Of a DNA stretch of 124,000 nt, positions 28,457 to 38,113 are shown piece after piece; position 1 is the stretch's first letter, and every line of letters begins with the position of its first letter. Below the pieces are notes generated by a model. The model was not told where the DNA came from. It ran no database searches and was given only the letters and a program-made list of their open reading frames with translations. The DNA lies in assembly GCF_000737315.1 (NCBI RefSeq), contig NZ_JMCB01000005.1, positions 20,001 to 144,000 of the forward strand, written 5' to 3'. Both the position numbers and the translations under genes were made by a program. This DNA is from Hyalangium minutum (GTDB taxonomy: Bacteria > Myxococcota > Myxococcia > Myxococcales > Myxococcaceae).

Positions 28457-29695
28457 ATGACGGACGTGGTGCGTCAGCGCAAGGACAGGGCTGAGGAGCT
28501 GCTGGCCTCGGGAGCGGTGGAGGCGGCGCTCGCGGAGTACCAGAAGCTCGCCGAGGAGGTCCCGGAGGACCTGACCAGCCGCCGCAAGGTGGCGGAGCTG
28601 TTCCAGCGGCTCGGCCGCCGCAAGGAGGCCCTGCTCACCTACGAGGCTCTGGCGGATGCCTGGGCCCGGCGCGGCTGGCTGCTGAGGGCCATCGCCCTGT
28701 GCAAGATCATCCTTCAGATCGAGCCTCGCCACGAGCGCACCCAGCGCCTGCTGGCGCAGCTCTACGCCCGCCGGCAGATGCCGCCGTCCCTGCCCGCGCC
28801 CGCGCCGGCCTCGGCGCCCTCGGAGCCCGAGGCCGTGGTGTCCAAGCCGGGCACGGGCAAGGTGCCGCGCTTCCCCGTCTTCTCGCAGCTGGGCGGAGAC
28901 GCCTTCCTGTCGCTCCTCGAGGGCTTGGAGATGCGCTTCTTCCAGCCCGGTGACGTCGTCATCGAGGAGGGCAAGGCCGCCACCTCCATGTTCGTCATCG
29001 TGGAGGGGAGCGTGGAGGTGGTGCAGAAGCAGGGCAAGGGCGGCGACCGCCCGGTGGCGCTCATGGGCGAGGGCAACCTCTTCGGGGAGATGGCGCTCGG
29101 AGGCGAGGCCTGCCGCCACACCCGCATCCAGGCGTATGAGCCCACGGTGGTGCTGGAGCTGACGCGCTCGCGCGTGGAGCAGCTCATCCTCCAGTACCCC
29201 GCGGTGGGGCAGGTGCTGCAGACCTTCTACCGGGAGCGGATGCTCAGCCAGCTGCTGAGCCAGAACCCCCTGTTCCGCTCGCTGTCGCAGGCGCAGCGCG
29301 AGGCCGTGGCGCTCGAGTTCCAGCTCTGCTCCATGCCGGCGGACCGGCCGCTCATCGCCCAGGGCCGCGCGGTGGACGCGCTCTACGTGCTGCTGCGAGG
29401 CTGCTGCCGGGTGACGCACCAGCGCTCCGAGGGCGGCGAGCTCGCCTCCCAGCCGCTCCAGGAGGGCGACATGTTCGGAGAGATCGCCCTGGTGCTCGGC
29501 ACGCAGGCCACGGCCACGGTGACCACGGAGACGCCCTGCACCCTGCTGCGGCTGAGCCGCGATGCGTGCGAGCGGCACCTGCTCCAGCAACCCGGGCTGC
29601 GCGACTACCTCTCGCGCCTGGCCTCCGAGCGCCTCCAGCGCACCGCGAGCCTCATCGCGGGCGAGGCTCCCGAAGAGGACGACGTCTGCATCTGA
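28457..29695 (+). CDS. TPR plus tandem cNMP-binding domain protein
   Basis: N-terminal TPR helices; two FGE(M/I)AL cNMP pockets. Confidence 0.85.
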   Translation: MTDVVRQRKDRAEELLASGAVEAALAEYQKLAEEVPEDLTSRRKVAELFQRLGRRKEALLTYEALADAWARRGWLLRAIALCKIILQIEPRHERTQRLLAQLYARRQMPPSLPAPAPASAPSEPEAVVSKPGTGKVPRFPVFSQLGGDAFLSLLEGLEMRFFQPGDVVIEEGKAATSMFVIVEGSVEVVQKQGKGGDRPVALMGEGNLFGEMALGGEACRHTRIQAYEPTVVLELTRSRVEQLILQYPAVGQVLQTFYRERMLSQLLSQNPLFRSLSQAQREAVALEFQLCSMPADRPLIAQGRAVDALYVLLRGCCRVTHQRSEGGELASQPLQEGDMFGEIALVLGTQATATVTTETPCTLLRLSRDACERHLLQQPGLRDYLSRLASERLQRTASLIAGEAPEEDDVCI

Positions 29696-29704
29696 GCGGC
29701 CCGC

Positions 29705-30385
29705 TCACTGGGCCTGCTTCTGGAGCTGATCGGGGTGGACCAGGGTGATTTGGCCCCCCTCGTAGGAGAGCAGGCCCTCACGGACGAAGAAGCGCAGCCA
29801 CTTGTTGGTGCTCTCGCGGGTGAGGCCGCACAGGTTGGCCAGCTCCACCTGCGTGAGCTTCTGGGAGATGACCACGCCGTCGGGGCCCAGCTGGCCCTGG
29901 CTCCGGGCCAGCTCGAGCAGCACGCGGATCAGCCGGGTGCGCGCATCCAGGAACGTCGCGTCGTGGACCAGCTGCGTCACCCGCCGCACCAGCAGGCTCA
30001 TGGACGCCAGCAGCCCTCGGGCCACCCGGGGCGAGCTGTCCAGGTACTGGTGGAAGCTCTCCCGCTGTAGGCACAGCAGCTCCGTCTCCTTCCGGGCCAC
30101 GGCGTCCGTCGAGCGGGGCTCGCCGTCCAGCAGCGCCAGCTCTCCGAAGAAGTCACCGCGCTCCAGCAGGGCCAGCGTCACCTCTTTGCCGTCCAGAGAG
30201 CTGAGGCGGATGGCCACCTGCCCCTTGCGGATGATGAAGAGCGCGGTACCTACATCTCCCTGATGGAAGATGACCTCTCCCCGGGGGTAGCGTCGGGCCT
30301 GCAGCAGGCCGGACAGGTGCTTGAGCTCCCCCTCCGCGAGGTGCTCGAATATGGGAACCTTGGCCAGCAGCTGCGTGTACGACAC
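29705..30385 (-). CDS. Crp/Fnr-family transcriptional regulator
   Basis: FGELALLDGEPRS, TQVELANLCGLTRES HTH. Confidence 0.93.
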   Translation of the reverse strand: MSYTQLLAKVPIFEHLAEGELKHLSGLLQARRYPRGEVIFHQGDVGTALFIIRKGQVAIRLSSLDGKEVTLALLERGDFFGELALLDGEPRSTDAVARKETELLCLQRESFHQYLDSSPRVARGLLASMSLLVRRVTQLVHDATFLDARTRLIRVLLELARSQGQLGPDGVVISQKLTQVELANLCGLTRESTNKWLRFFVREGLLSYEGGQITLVHPDQLQKQAQ

Positions 30386-30588
30386 CGGGCCTCCTCACCA
30401 GGGAGGGCTGTAGGATAGCGGGTAATTCGCGTTTTGCTGCAACGGACCTGGAGGGTAGGGTAGATTGAGCAGGCGGGGAAGGGAGCGGCCGCCGAGGGGC
30501 CCGACGTGCTGCCATGGAGTAGGGCGGGCAAATGTGCTCGAGGTGGCAGCGCCACGAGCTGGGTAAGCGTGATACACACAAGGCTGAT

Positions 30589-32157
30589 ATGCACGCAGCG
30601 CTCGAAGTCCTTCTCGCCGATGGCGTGATCGATGAAGTCACCGCCCGCCTCAAGAGCGGCAAAGAGGCGGACGTGTACATCGTCGTTCACGGCGGCCAGT
30701 ACGTGGCGGCGAAAATCTACAAGGAGCGCACCCAGCGCAACTTCAAGAACAACGCCGGCTACAAGGAAGGGCGCCTGGTCCGCAACAGCCGCACGCGGCG
30801 GGCGATGGAGAAGGGCAGCCGCTTCGGCCAGGAGGCCGAGGAAGAGGCGTGGAAGACGGCCGAGGCGGAGACGCTCGGCAAGCTGCACACCGCCGGGGTG
30901 CGGGTGCCCTCGCCGGTGATGTTCTACGAGGGCGTGCTGTTGATGGAGCTGGTGGTGGACGCCGAGGGCCAGCCCGCGCCGCGCTTGATTGACGCGCTGC
31001 TCACGCCAGAGCTGGCGGCGGAGTTCTACCGGGACCTGCGCCAGCAGGCGGTGAAGATCCTCTGCGCCGATCTGATCCACGGCGACCTGAGCGCGTACAA
31101 CATCCTGCTCGGGGCAGCCGGCCCCACCATCATCGACTTTCCGCAGACGGTGTCGGCGGCGGCCAACAGCCGTGCGGAGTTCTTCTTCAAGCGGGACCTG
31201 GACAACCTGCAGCTCTTCTTCGCGGGCTATGACCCGGGGCTGATGGGGCGCGCGGGGGATTCTTCGGAGATCTGGCGGGCCTACGTGCGGCGTGAGCTGA
31301 CGCCGGACTTCGAGCCGTCGGGCCGAGGCGCACCGGATGGCCGGGGCCCGCGGCACGGCTCCCGTCAGGGAGGTCGGCCTCAGGGTGAAGGGGGACGCTC
31401 GTTCCCGCCGAGAGACCGTTCACCCGCGCCGGTGCAAGAGGCGCGCGAGGCCCCAGCTCCCGCGGTGGAGGAGGACGAGTTCGCGATCCTGCGCCAGGGT
31501 GGCGGCGAGCGGCCCAAGGTGGCCCAGCTCGCGAAGGCCGCCCGGGGCGGAGATCGTCCGCACCACCGGGGCGGTTCGAGAGGCGGTTCTCAGGGCGGTG
31601 GCCGGCGAGGTCCTCCAACGGGCGGGGCTCCTCGCCAGGGGAACGGGCAGTCTCGGCCGCACGGTGATCGTCCTCAGGGCGGCGGGCGTCCCTCGAAGCC
31701 GCCCCAGGGTGCGCAGACTCAGCACGGTGGCGGAGGCTCGGGGCAGACGAATGGTGCACACGCCTCGCACGGCGCTGGAGGTTCGGGACAGCCGAACGGC
31801 ACCCGCGTCTCACACGGCGGCGGTGGCTCCGGCCATTCGCACGGGGCGCGCGCTCAGCACGGAGGCGGCGGGCAGGGAGCGCCGCATCACCGGCGAGGCC
31901 CTCACGGAGGAGGAGGGCACGGCGCGCCTCGCGGCGGCAATGCTCCCCACGCTTCGGGTGGAAGTGCCCCGCATTCCGCGCAGGCCGGAGGCCGTCCTCA
32001 GCAGCACGGGCACCAGGGCGGTCGCGGTGGTGATCGGCCCCAGGGCACGCGTCAACCGCGCCAGGGTCGGCGGGGGGCTGCTGCGCCTGTGGTCTCCTAT
32101 GTGTCCCGCGGCACCGCTTCGGAGCCGGGGACGGGTGGCTCTCCCGAGGAGTCCTGA
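30589..32157 (+). CDS. RIO1-family atypical kinase with long low-complexity tail
   Basis: SGKEADVY, IHGDLSAYNIL, IIDFPQ; Gly/His/Arg-rich C-terminus. Confidence 0.9.
   Translation: MHAALEVLLADGVIDEVTARLKSGKEADVYIVVHGGQYVAAKIYKERTQRNFKNNAGYKEGRLVRNSRTRRAMEKGSRFGQEAEEEAWKTAEAETLGKLHTAGVRVPSPVMFYEGVLLMELVVDAEGQPAPRLIDALLTPELAAEFYRDLRQQAVKILCADLIHGDLSAYNILLGAAGPTIIDFPQTVSAAANSRAEFFFKRDLDNLQLFFAGYDPGLMGRAGDSSEIWRAYVRRELTPDFEPSGRGAPDGRGPRHGSRQGGRPQGEGGRSFPPRDRSPAPVQEAREAPAPAVEEDEFAILRQGGGERPKVAQLAKAARGGDRPHHRGGSRGGSQGGGRRGPPTGGAPRQGNGQSRPHGDRPQGGGRPSKPPQGAQTQHGGGGSGQTNGAHASHGAGGSGQPNGTRVSHGGGGSGHSHGARAQHGGGGQGAPHHRRGPHGGGGHGAPRGGNAPHASGGSAPHSAQAGGRPQQHGHQGGRGGDRPQGTRQPRQGRRGAAAPVVSYVSRGTASEPGTGGSPEES
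31720..31875 (+). repeat. Degenerate 45-bp tandem repeat (about 3.5 copies) in the RIO kinase tail
   Basis: Encodes (Q/S)HG(G/A)GGSG(Q/H)xxGxxx units. Confidence 0.75.
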
Positions 32158-32185
32158 GCCGCCCGCGGTCCGCTGAGGAGGCGTC

Positions 32186-32857
32186 TCAGTCCATCACCAC
32201 CAGCGCATCGGTGAGCTCGTTGCGATTCTGCGCCTGGGCGGGCAGCGCCTCGGCGAGAGCGGCGCCCGCCTGCTCAATGGTGTGGCAGAGCGCGTCCGTA
32301 TAGCTGCCCTTCTTCAGCTCCGAGACGAGGCTGGCGCACAGCGCATCCAGCTTGGGCTGTCCCAGCTTCTCCAGCACTTGGGCATCCGCGAGCACCACGG
32401 CCATGCGCTCGAGCATGCTGACGTAGACGAGCAAGCCGCTGCCGGCGTCAGTGTGGTGGATGCGGCGATCGAAGAAGGCCTGCCGGGCGGCGCGTTCCAC
32501 CTCGGCCTTCTGCTCGCTGCGCGGGGTGAACAGGAGCCGCAGGCTGCCGGACAGGTGCGCCAGGACCACGCCCAGCACCCAGCCGCCGAGCACCAGGCCC
32601 ACCACCGGCAGCAGTCCGAGCCGGGGACGGGGCACGCCCCATTCGGAGGGCTCGACCCCCTGCAGCAGCCACCAGCCCACGCAGAGGGTGATGAGCCCGA
32701 ACCAGAGCCCGACCATGTCTTCGGCGCGGTCATACCGGCCGCTGGAGCTGGCGATGACCGGGACGATCTCCGCGGAGGAGCGGGCCTCTGCCCGGGCGAC
32801 GGCCTCGGTGACACGCCGGTGATCCGCTTCAGTAAAGAGCGTGGATGCGCGCTTCAT
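32186..32857 (-). CDS. TPM-domain membrane protein
   Basis: AVARAEARSSAEIV, GLLVYVSMLERMAVVLAD. Confidence 0.85.
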   Translation of the reverse strand: MKRASTLFTEADHRRVTEAVARAEARSSAEIVPVIASSSGRYDRAEDMVGLWFGLITLCVGWWLLQGVEPSEWGVPRPRLGLLPVVGLVLGGWVLGVVLAHLSGSLRLLFTPRSEQKAEVERAARQAFFDRRIHHTDAGSGLLVYVSMLERMAVVLADAQVLEKLGQPKLDALCASLVSELKKGSYTDALCHTIEQAGAALAEALPAQAQNRNELTDALVVMD

Positions 32858-32866
32858 GGCCCCTCC

Positions 32867-33679
32867 CTACCAGGACCCCGTGGCGCCGCCGCCACGTGAT
32901 GAGCTTCCACCTCCGCTGCTCCACGAGCTGCTGCTGCTCGAGGAACTGCTGGAGTGAGAGTGTCCCCAGCCATGGTGGTGGTGATGGCGACGCCTGGGCG
33001 ACAGTAGCGCGCCCAGGATGGCCCACAGCGCGCTGAAGACGATGCTCCAGAAGCCCCAGGCGTAGCCTTGTGTGCCGCTGCGCAGCAGCGAGATGAGCGT
33101 GAAGAGGCCCAGCGCTCCGCCCCCGGCGTAGCCCAGCATTCGTTCCTGGGACATGGGCGCTCGGGGAAGCTCCTGGCCGCGGACCATGAGATCCAGCGCG
33201 GAGGCCCCCAGGACCAGGCCGGACGAATGGCGCTCCTTCTTGAATGCGGGGATGAGGTGGTCCTGCAGGATGCTCCAGCAGGAGGCGTCCTTCTCCTGGC
33301 CCCAGCCGGGGCCCATCTCGATGCGGGCCTTCCGGTCGAGCTTGCTCACCAGCAGGAGGACCCCCTTGCTGTCCTCGGGGCTCACGGCGCCGGAGACGCC
33401 AATGCCCCACTCGCGGAACAACTGGGAGGCAAAGTCCTCGATGCTCATCCGCGCCCCGCCGTACCTCGCCATCGTGTCGATGGTCACGACGAACAGAGGA
33501 ATCTCCTGCTCTGTCCACAGTCGCTCGGCCGTGGCCTGGATCTCTTGTGCGTCCTCAGGGCGGATGACCGACGCTAGATCCACGACGTACTGCCCGGTGG
33601 GGGGCGCCGGGGGAAGATGGAGTGCCGCGTGGGCGGGCATGGCCAGCAGCAGCGCTGCCAGCAGAGCCAGGGTCTTCAC
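32867..33679 (-). CDS. TPM (YgcG-like) domain protein
   Basis: Signal peptide, VVDLASVI, GVLLLVSKLDRKARIEMG, GGGSSRGGGATGSW end. Confidence 0.88.
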   Translation of the reverse strand: MKTLALLAALLLAMPAHAALHLPPAPPTGQYVVDLASVIRPEDAQEIQATAERLWTEQEIPLFVVTIDTMARYGGARMSIEDFASQLFREWGIGVSGAVSPEDSKGVLLLVSKLDRKARIEMGPGWGQEKDASCWSILQDHLIPAFKKERHSSGLVLGASALDLMVRGQELPRAPMSQERMLGYAGGGALGLFTLISLLRSGTQGYAWGFWSIVFSALWAILGALLSPRRRHHHHHGWGHSHSSSSSSSSSSWSSGGGSSSRGGGATGSW

Positions 33680-33732
33680 CAGGAGCCTCCGGAGAGCACC
33701 ACGAGCGGGCCAGATGTTGGCCCTGCGACACT

Positions 33733-35985
33733 CTACACCGCCGGAGGTCCAGGCGGTGTCTCCGAGGTCCTGCGAGGGAGGCTCACCGTGAACAGCGCTC
33801 CCTGGCCGGGCGCGCTCTCCACCTGGATGGTGCCGCGCATCGCCTCGACGATGGTGCGGGTGATGTAGAGGCCCAGGCCCAGGCCTCCATAATGGCGCTC
33901 GGACACGGCGCGCTCGAAGCGGTCGAAGATACGCTTCAGGTGCTCGGGCGCGATGCCGATGCCCTCGTCCTTCACGCGCAGCACGGCGCGGTGTTGATCG
34001 GCCTCCAGGGTGACATGGAAGGGCTTGCCGGCGCCGTACTTGATGGCGTTGTCGACCAGGTTGGTGATGACCTGCTCCAACCGGAGCCGATCCCAGCGGC
34101 CCGTCACAGCCTCGGGCGCCGCCTTCAGCACGAGCTTCGAGCCCACCCGCACGGCCTCGGGCTCGTAGCGCGCCACCACCTCGCGGACGAGCGCCCCCAG
34201 CTCCACCTCCTCGAGCTCCAGCCGCAGCCGCCCGCCGACGATGCGGGACACGTCGAGCAGATCACTCACGAGCTCGGACAGCTTCTTCACCTGCCGGGAA
34301 CCTACGGCGATGTAGTCCTCCACCGCGTGGCGGAGGGGCGAGTCCGGCTGCCGCCGCACCTCACGCATGAGCATCTGCAGCTTCAGGCTCAGGGGGGTGA
34401 GGGGCGTCTTCAGCTCATGGCTGGCGATGGAGAGGAACTCATCGCGCAGGCGGATGGCATCCTGGGCCTCCCGGTAGAGCCGGGCGTTCTCGACGGAGAG
34501 GGCGGCGCGCCGCGCGAGCTCCCCCAGCACGGTGAGCTCCGCGGGCGTGTAGCGCCGGCCGGAGTGGGACATGGAGAAGGTGAGCACCCCGAGCGTTCGC
34601 CCACGCGCCACCAAGGGCGCCGAGATCAGCGAGCGGATGCGCGTAGCGGCCAGCTGTTTTGCATGGGCCTCGTTCAGCGCGATCTCTTGAGGCGAGAGGT
34701 CCGCGAGGAGGACCGGCCGGCCTTCGGTAATGGCCTGAATGACGGGGTACCGGGGGTTGCCGTCCCGGGTGACGATGGTGCACCGGATTTCTTGTGCGAG
34801 CGCATCATCCTCGGGATCCGTGCACACGGCCTCGACCCGCTTGAACGAGCCATCCGCCTGCATCAGGTCCACCAGGCACCAGTCCGCGAGCGACGGCACG
34901 GCGAGCCGGGCCACGTTGCGCAGGGTGGCCTCGTAGTCCAGGGACGAAGCCAGCACGGCGCTCGCCTCGGAGAGGAAGCGCGCGTTCGACTCGGCGCGCT
35001 TGAGCTCCTCCTCGGCATGGCGCTGCTCCGTCACGTCCCGCTGGGTGCCCCAGGCGCCCAGCAGCAGCCCATCGCGGACGATGCCCACCAGGTTGTTGAG
35101 GAAGACCTTGGGCGTGCCGTCGTGGGCCAGCTCCCGCGACTCCGCGTCCTCGATGCGGTAGCCGTTCTGGAGGAAGCCCCGGAGGTACTCGAGATTGCGG
35201 GGATCCTCGCGGACGAGCAGCGCGTCCAGCCGCGTGCCGATGAGCTCCGTGGCGCTGTGGAAGCCGTACATCCGGGCCATGGCGTCATTGCACTCGGCGA
35301 TGTGCGTATTCCGGAAGACGAGGTCGAGCTGCTCGTCCACTGGCACCGTGGTGGGAATGGGAGGGCATACGTCCACACGGTAGATGCCCTCGGTGCTCTT
35401 GGTGACGAAGGCCCGGTAGCGCTCCTCGCTGCGCTTCAGCTCGGCGGCCAGCGCCTCCGCCTGCTGGCGCGCGCGGACGATGGCCGTGACTTCGAAGCCG
35501 AAGCTGGCGATTCCGTCCACGTTGCCCTGGGCGTCTCGCGTGGGCTGATAGATGAAGTTGACGAAGCGCTCGCTCTGCGAGCCGTCGGGATGGGTCACCT
35601 TGACGGGCATCTGCTCCGCGGAGAAGGGCTTGCCTGTCGAATAGACCTGATCCAGGAGCGCGACGAAGCCCTGAAACACGGCTCCGGGCAGGGCCTCGTG
35701 GAAGGGCTTGCCCAGGAGCTCCCGGTGGCCCAGCGCCTCGGTGTTCCTCGGATTGGAGAGCACGTAGACGTGCTGGGGGCCACGGAACAGGGCGATGAAG
35801 GCAGGTGCCTCCATGATCAGGTTTTCGAGGCGGACTCGCTCGGCCGCTGCTTCGCGGCGGGCCTGGCGCTCGCGTTCCAGCAGAACGGCCTGCTCCTCGG
35901 GACTCGGGGGCTGCGGGGGATCACGCGTCGGCACGGAGGGGCTCCCTCCGGCGGGCATAGCACCCATGCCCGCGGCCCATGTCAC
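33733..35985 (-). CDS. PAS/PAS/GAF sensor histidine kinase
   Basis: PAS folds, GAF, ASHELKTPL, GLGLGLYI. Confidence 0.92.
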   Translation of the reverse strand: MTWAAGMGAMPAGGSPSVPTRDPPQPPSPEEQAVLLERERQARREAAAERVRLENLIMEAPAFIALFRGPQHVYVLSNPRNTEALGHRELLGKPFHEALPGAVFQGFVALLDQVYSTGKPFSAEQMPVKVTHPDGSQSERFVNFIYQPTRDAQGNVDGIASFGFEVTAIVRARQQAEALAAELKRSEERYRAFVTKSTEGIYRVDVCPPIPTTVPVDEQLDLVFRNTHIAECNDAMARMYGFHSATELIGTRLDALLVREDPRNLEYLRGFLQNGYRIEDAESRELAHDGTPKVFLNNLVGIVRDGLLLGAWGTQRDVTEQRHAEEELKRAESNARFLSEASAVLASSLDYEATLRNVARLAVPSLADWCLVDLMQADGSFKRVEAVCTDPEDDALAQEIRCTIVTRDGNPRYPVIQAITEGRPVLLADLSPQEIALNEAHAKQLAATRIRSLISAPLVARGRTLGVLTFSMSHSGRRYTPAELTVLGELARRAALSVENARLYREAQDAIRLRDEFLSIASHELKTPLTPLSLKLQMLMREVRRQPDSPLRHAVEDYIAVGSRQVKKLSELVSDLLDVSRIVGGRLRLELEEVELGALVREVVARYEPEAVRVGSKLVLKAAPEAVTGRWDRLRLEQVITNLVDNAIKYGAGKPFHVTLEADQHRAVLRVKDEGIGIAPEHLKRIFDRFERAVSERHYGGLGLGLYITRTIVEAMRGTIQVESAPGQGALFTVSLPRRTSETPPGPPAV

Positions 35986-36013
35986 CCAATTGGGGAGTCC
36001 TACGGATTCTCAA

Positions 36014-38113
36014 CTACTTGCGCAGGAGGGTGCCCTCGAGGAAGAAGGCAGCGCACGCGGCGACGATGAGCCATGTCCACAAAGGCACTTTGGGGCGCTC
36101 CGCGTCGCTGCTGGAGGCCTTCACGGTCTCCTCGCCGAAGTAGGCCGTGAGGGTATCTGTCGGGACCCGCGTCAAATCACTCTCGGCCGGATCCAGCGTC
36201 ACCGGGAAGTCGAGCGCCTGGAGCGGCTTACCCTCGGCGCCCAGCACGGCATGCAAGCCCGGCTCGTTCAGAGGTCCTGCCACGAGGCTGCCATCCGGCT
36301 GCGCCTTTACCGGGAGCTCAGTCCCATCCGGCGTACGGACAGCGGTGACGGTCTGGCCCGTCTCGGGCCGCATCGTCACGGACTCACCCACGCGCACGCG
36401 CTGCTCGGCGCGCTCCTCGAGCGAGCCGGTGAGGTACGCGGCGAAGCGCTGCATGAGCGGGAGGAAGCTGGTGCGGATGGCGAAGTCGCTCCAGTCGCGA
36501 TCCACGGTGCTGGTGAAGACGGCCACGCGGCCCTTCCCCCGGCGGGCCACGGCCACCGCGGGAGCCCCATCCTCATAGGTGGCCAGCACCTGGCTGGTGC
36601 CAGCGGCCGCGGGGTTGTCCGCCTCCAGGAGCATGTACTTGTAGAAGCGGGCGCCAATGAGGCCCTCCTCGGCGCGGCCGGTGAAGGGCGAGAACAGGGG
36701 GTGCTCCACCTGCACCTGCGCCAGCTTCGCGGACTGGGTCTCCGCGTCGGGGTCTTCGCGCTCCACGCTGGTGCGCACCAGGCGCAGTGGCCGGGGCAGC
36801 AGCGCACCGAGCCGCGAGTTGTACGCGTCCGGGTCCACCCGGTCGCCCATGCTCACGAAGAGGCCGCCGCCCGCGTTCACGAAGGCGTTGAGCCGCTCCG
36901 CGTCCTCCTTGCTCGGGGCGGGCACGTTGAGCATCAGCACCAAATCGTAGGCGGAGAAGTTCTCCCTCAAACCTGCCTCCGTGTCGCGCACGGCCACCTC
37001 CACGGGAGAGCCCGGGGCGGACAGGGCCGCCTCCACGAAGAAGGCCTCGTCCCGGTAGCGCGTGGCGTGCGGCGAGCCGTTGATGACCAGGGCCTTGAGC
37101 GCGCGCGGCACCGGCAGTACGAAGGCGCGCCGGTCGTCCTCGGGGAGCTCGTCCGGCGCGAGCGTCACCGAGCCCTGCGCCGTGCCACCCCGGGCGAAGC
37201 GCACCGTGAGCGTCTTCTGCGCGGTGCCGTTGGCGGGCACGTCCACGAAGCCCTTGGCGAGCGTGGACTCGCCCTCGCGCACGGCCGCCTCCAGGTCCTT
37301 CAGCGCCTCCGGGCCGTAGTTCTTCACCGTGAAGGTGAACTGGAAAGCACGGGGTCCGGCCTGCAGCGCGGGCTCGATCTTGAGGTCAACCAGCGCGTGG
37401 TTGGGCAGCACGTCCTGGCCGGACACCACGTCACGCAGCACCACCTCGGGCCGCACCAGCTTGCCGGTGGGGTCCTTCACGGTGGGCGGCGGGGCCTCCA
37501 GCCGGAACGCCGTGGCGGTCATGTCGGAGATGAGCACCAGCCGCTTGCCGGGCGTGGGGTTCTCCTCCAATGCGCGCGCGGCCATGTCCATGCAGCGCGA
37601 CAGGTCCGCGGTGCCATAGGTGGGCTTGGCCTCGTCGATGAGCGCCCGGAGCCGCGCGCGATCGAAGCCGAGCGGAGGCGGCGCGGTGGGCGTGCTCGTG
37701 CACACCAGCACCGTGGAGGGCTCATCGGCCTGCAGGTCCTTCAGCGCATCCCGCGCCTCATCCCGGCCGCGCTCGAAGAGCGAGGAGTCCTTGCCCCACC
37801 GCATGGAGAGCGAGGCATCCAGCACCACGGCGGTGGCGGCGGGGCCCTTGGCGACAGCCGCGGCCTGGGCATCCTGTCGCAGCTCGGGCCGGGCCAGCGC
37901 GATGGGGATGGCCAGGAGGATGAGGGTGCGGAGGATATAGAGGAGGAGCCGCTTGAGCTTGAGCCGGCTGGCCGTGCGCTTCTGGCTGCGCAGCACGAAG
38001 GCCATGGGCGGGAACGGATGGGGCCGGGGCCGCCGCCGGTCGAACAGGTGCACCAGCAGGGGGATGAAGGCGCCGAGCGCGCCCCACAGCATCCACGGAT
38101 TGCCGAAGATCAC
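36014..38113 (-). CDS. BatA/vWA domain membrane protein
   Basis: IFGNPWMLWG..PLLVHLF BatA motif, DASLSM vWA; GTG start. Confidence 0.88.
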   Translation of the reverse strand: MIFGNPWMLWGALGAFIPLLVHLFDRRRPRPHPFPPMAFVLRSQKRTASRLKLKRLLLYILRTLILLAIPIALARPELRQDAQAAAVAKGPAATAVVLDASLSMRWGKDSSLFERGRDEARDALKDLQADEPSTVLVCTSTPTAPPPLGFDRARLRALIDEAKPTYGTADLSRCMDMAARALEENPTPGKRLVLISDMTATAFRLEAPPPTVKDPTGKLVRPEVVLRDVVSGQDVLPNHALVDLKIEPALQAGPRAFQFTFTVKNYGPEALKDLEAAVREGESTLAKGFVDVPANGTAQKTLTVRFARGGTAQGSVTLAPDELPEDDRRAFVLPVPRALKALVINGSPHATRYRDEAFFVEAALSAPGSPVEVAVRDTEAGLRENFSAYDLVLMLNVPAPSKEDAERLNAFVNAGGGLFVSMGDRVDPDAYNSRLGALLPRPLRLVRTSVEREDPDAETQSAKLAQVQVEHPLFSPFTGRAEEGLIGARFYKYMLLEADNPAAAGTSQVLATYEDGAPAVAVARRGKGRVAVFTSTVDRDWSDFAIRTSFLPLMQRFAAYLTGSLEERAEQRVRVGESVTMRPETGQTVTAVRTPDGTELPVKAQPDGSLVAGPLNEPGLHAVLGAEGKPLQALDFPVTLDPAESDLTRVPTDTLTAYFGEETVKASSSDAERPKVPLWTWLIVAACAAFFLEGTLLRK

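Noticed and set aside
31720-31875. Tandem repeat as a CRISPR array
   Set aside because: Degenerate in-frame coding repeat with no spacers and no cas genes.
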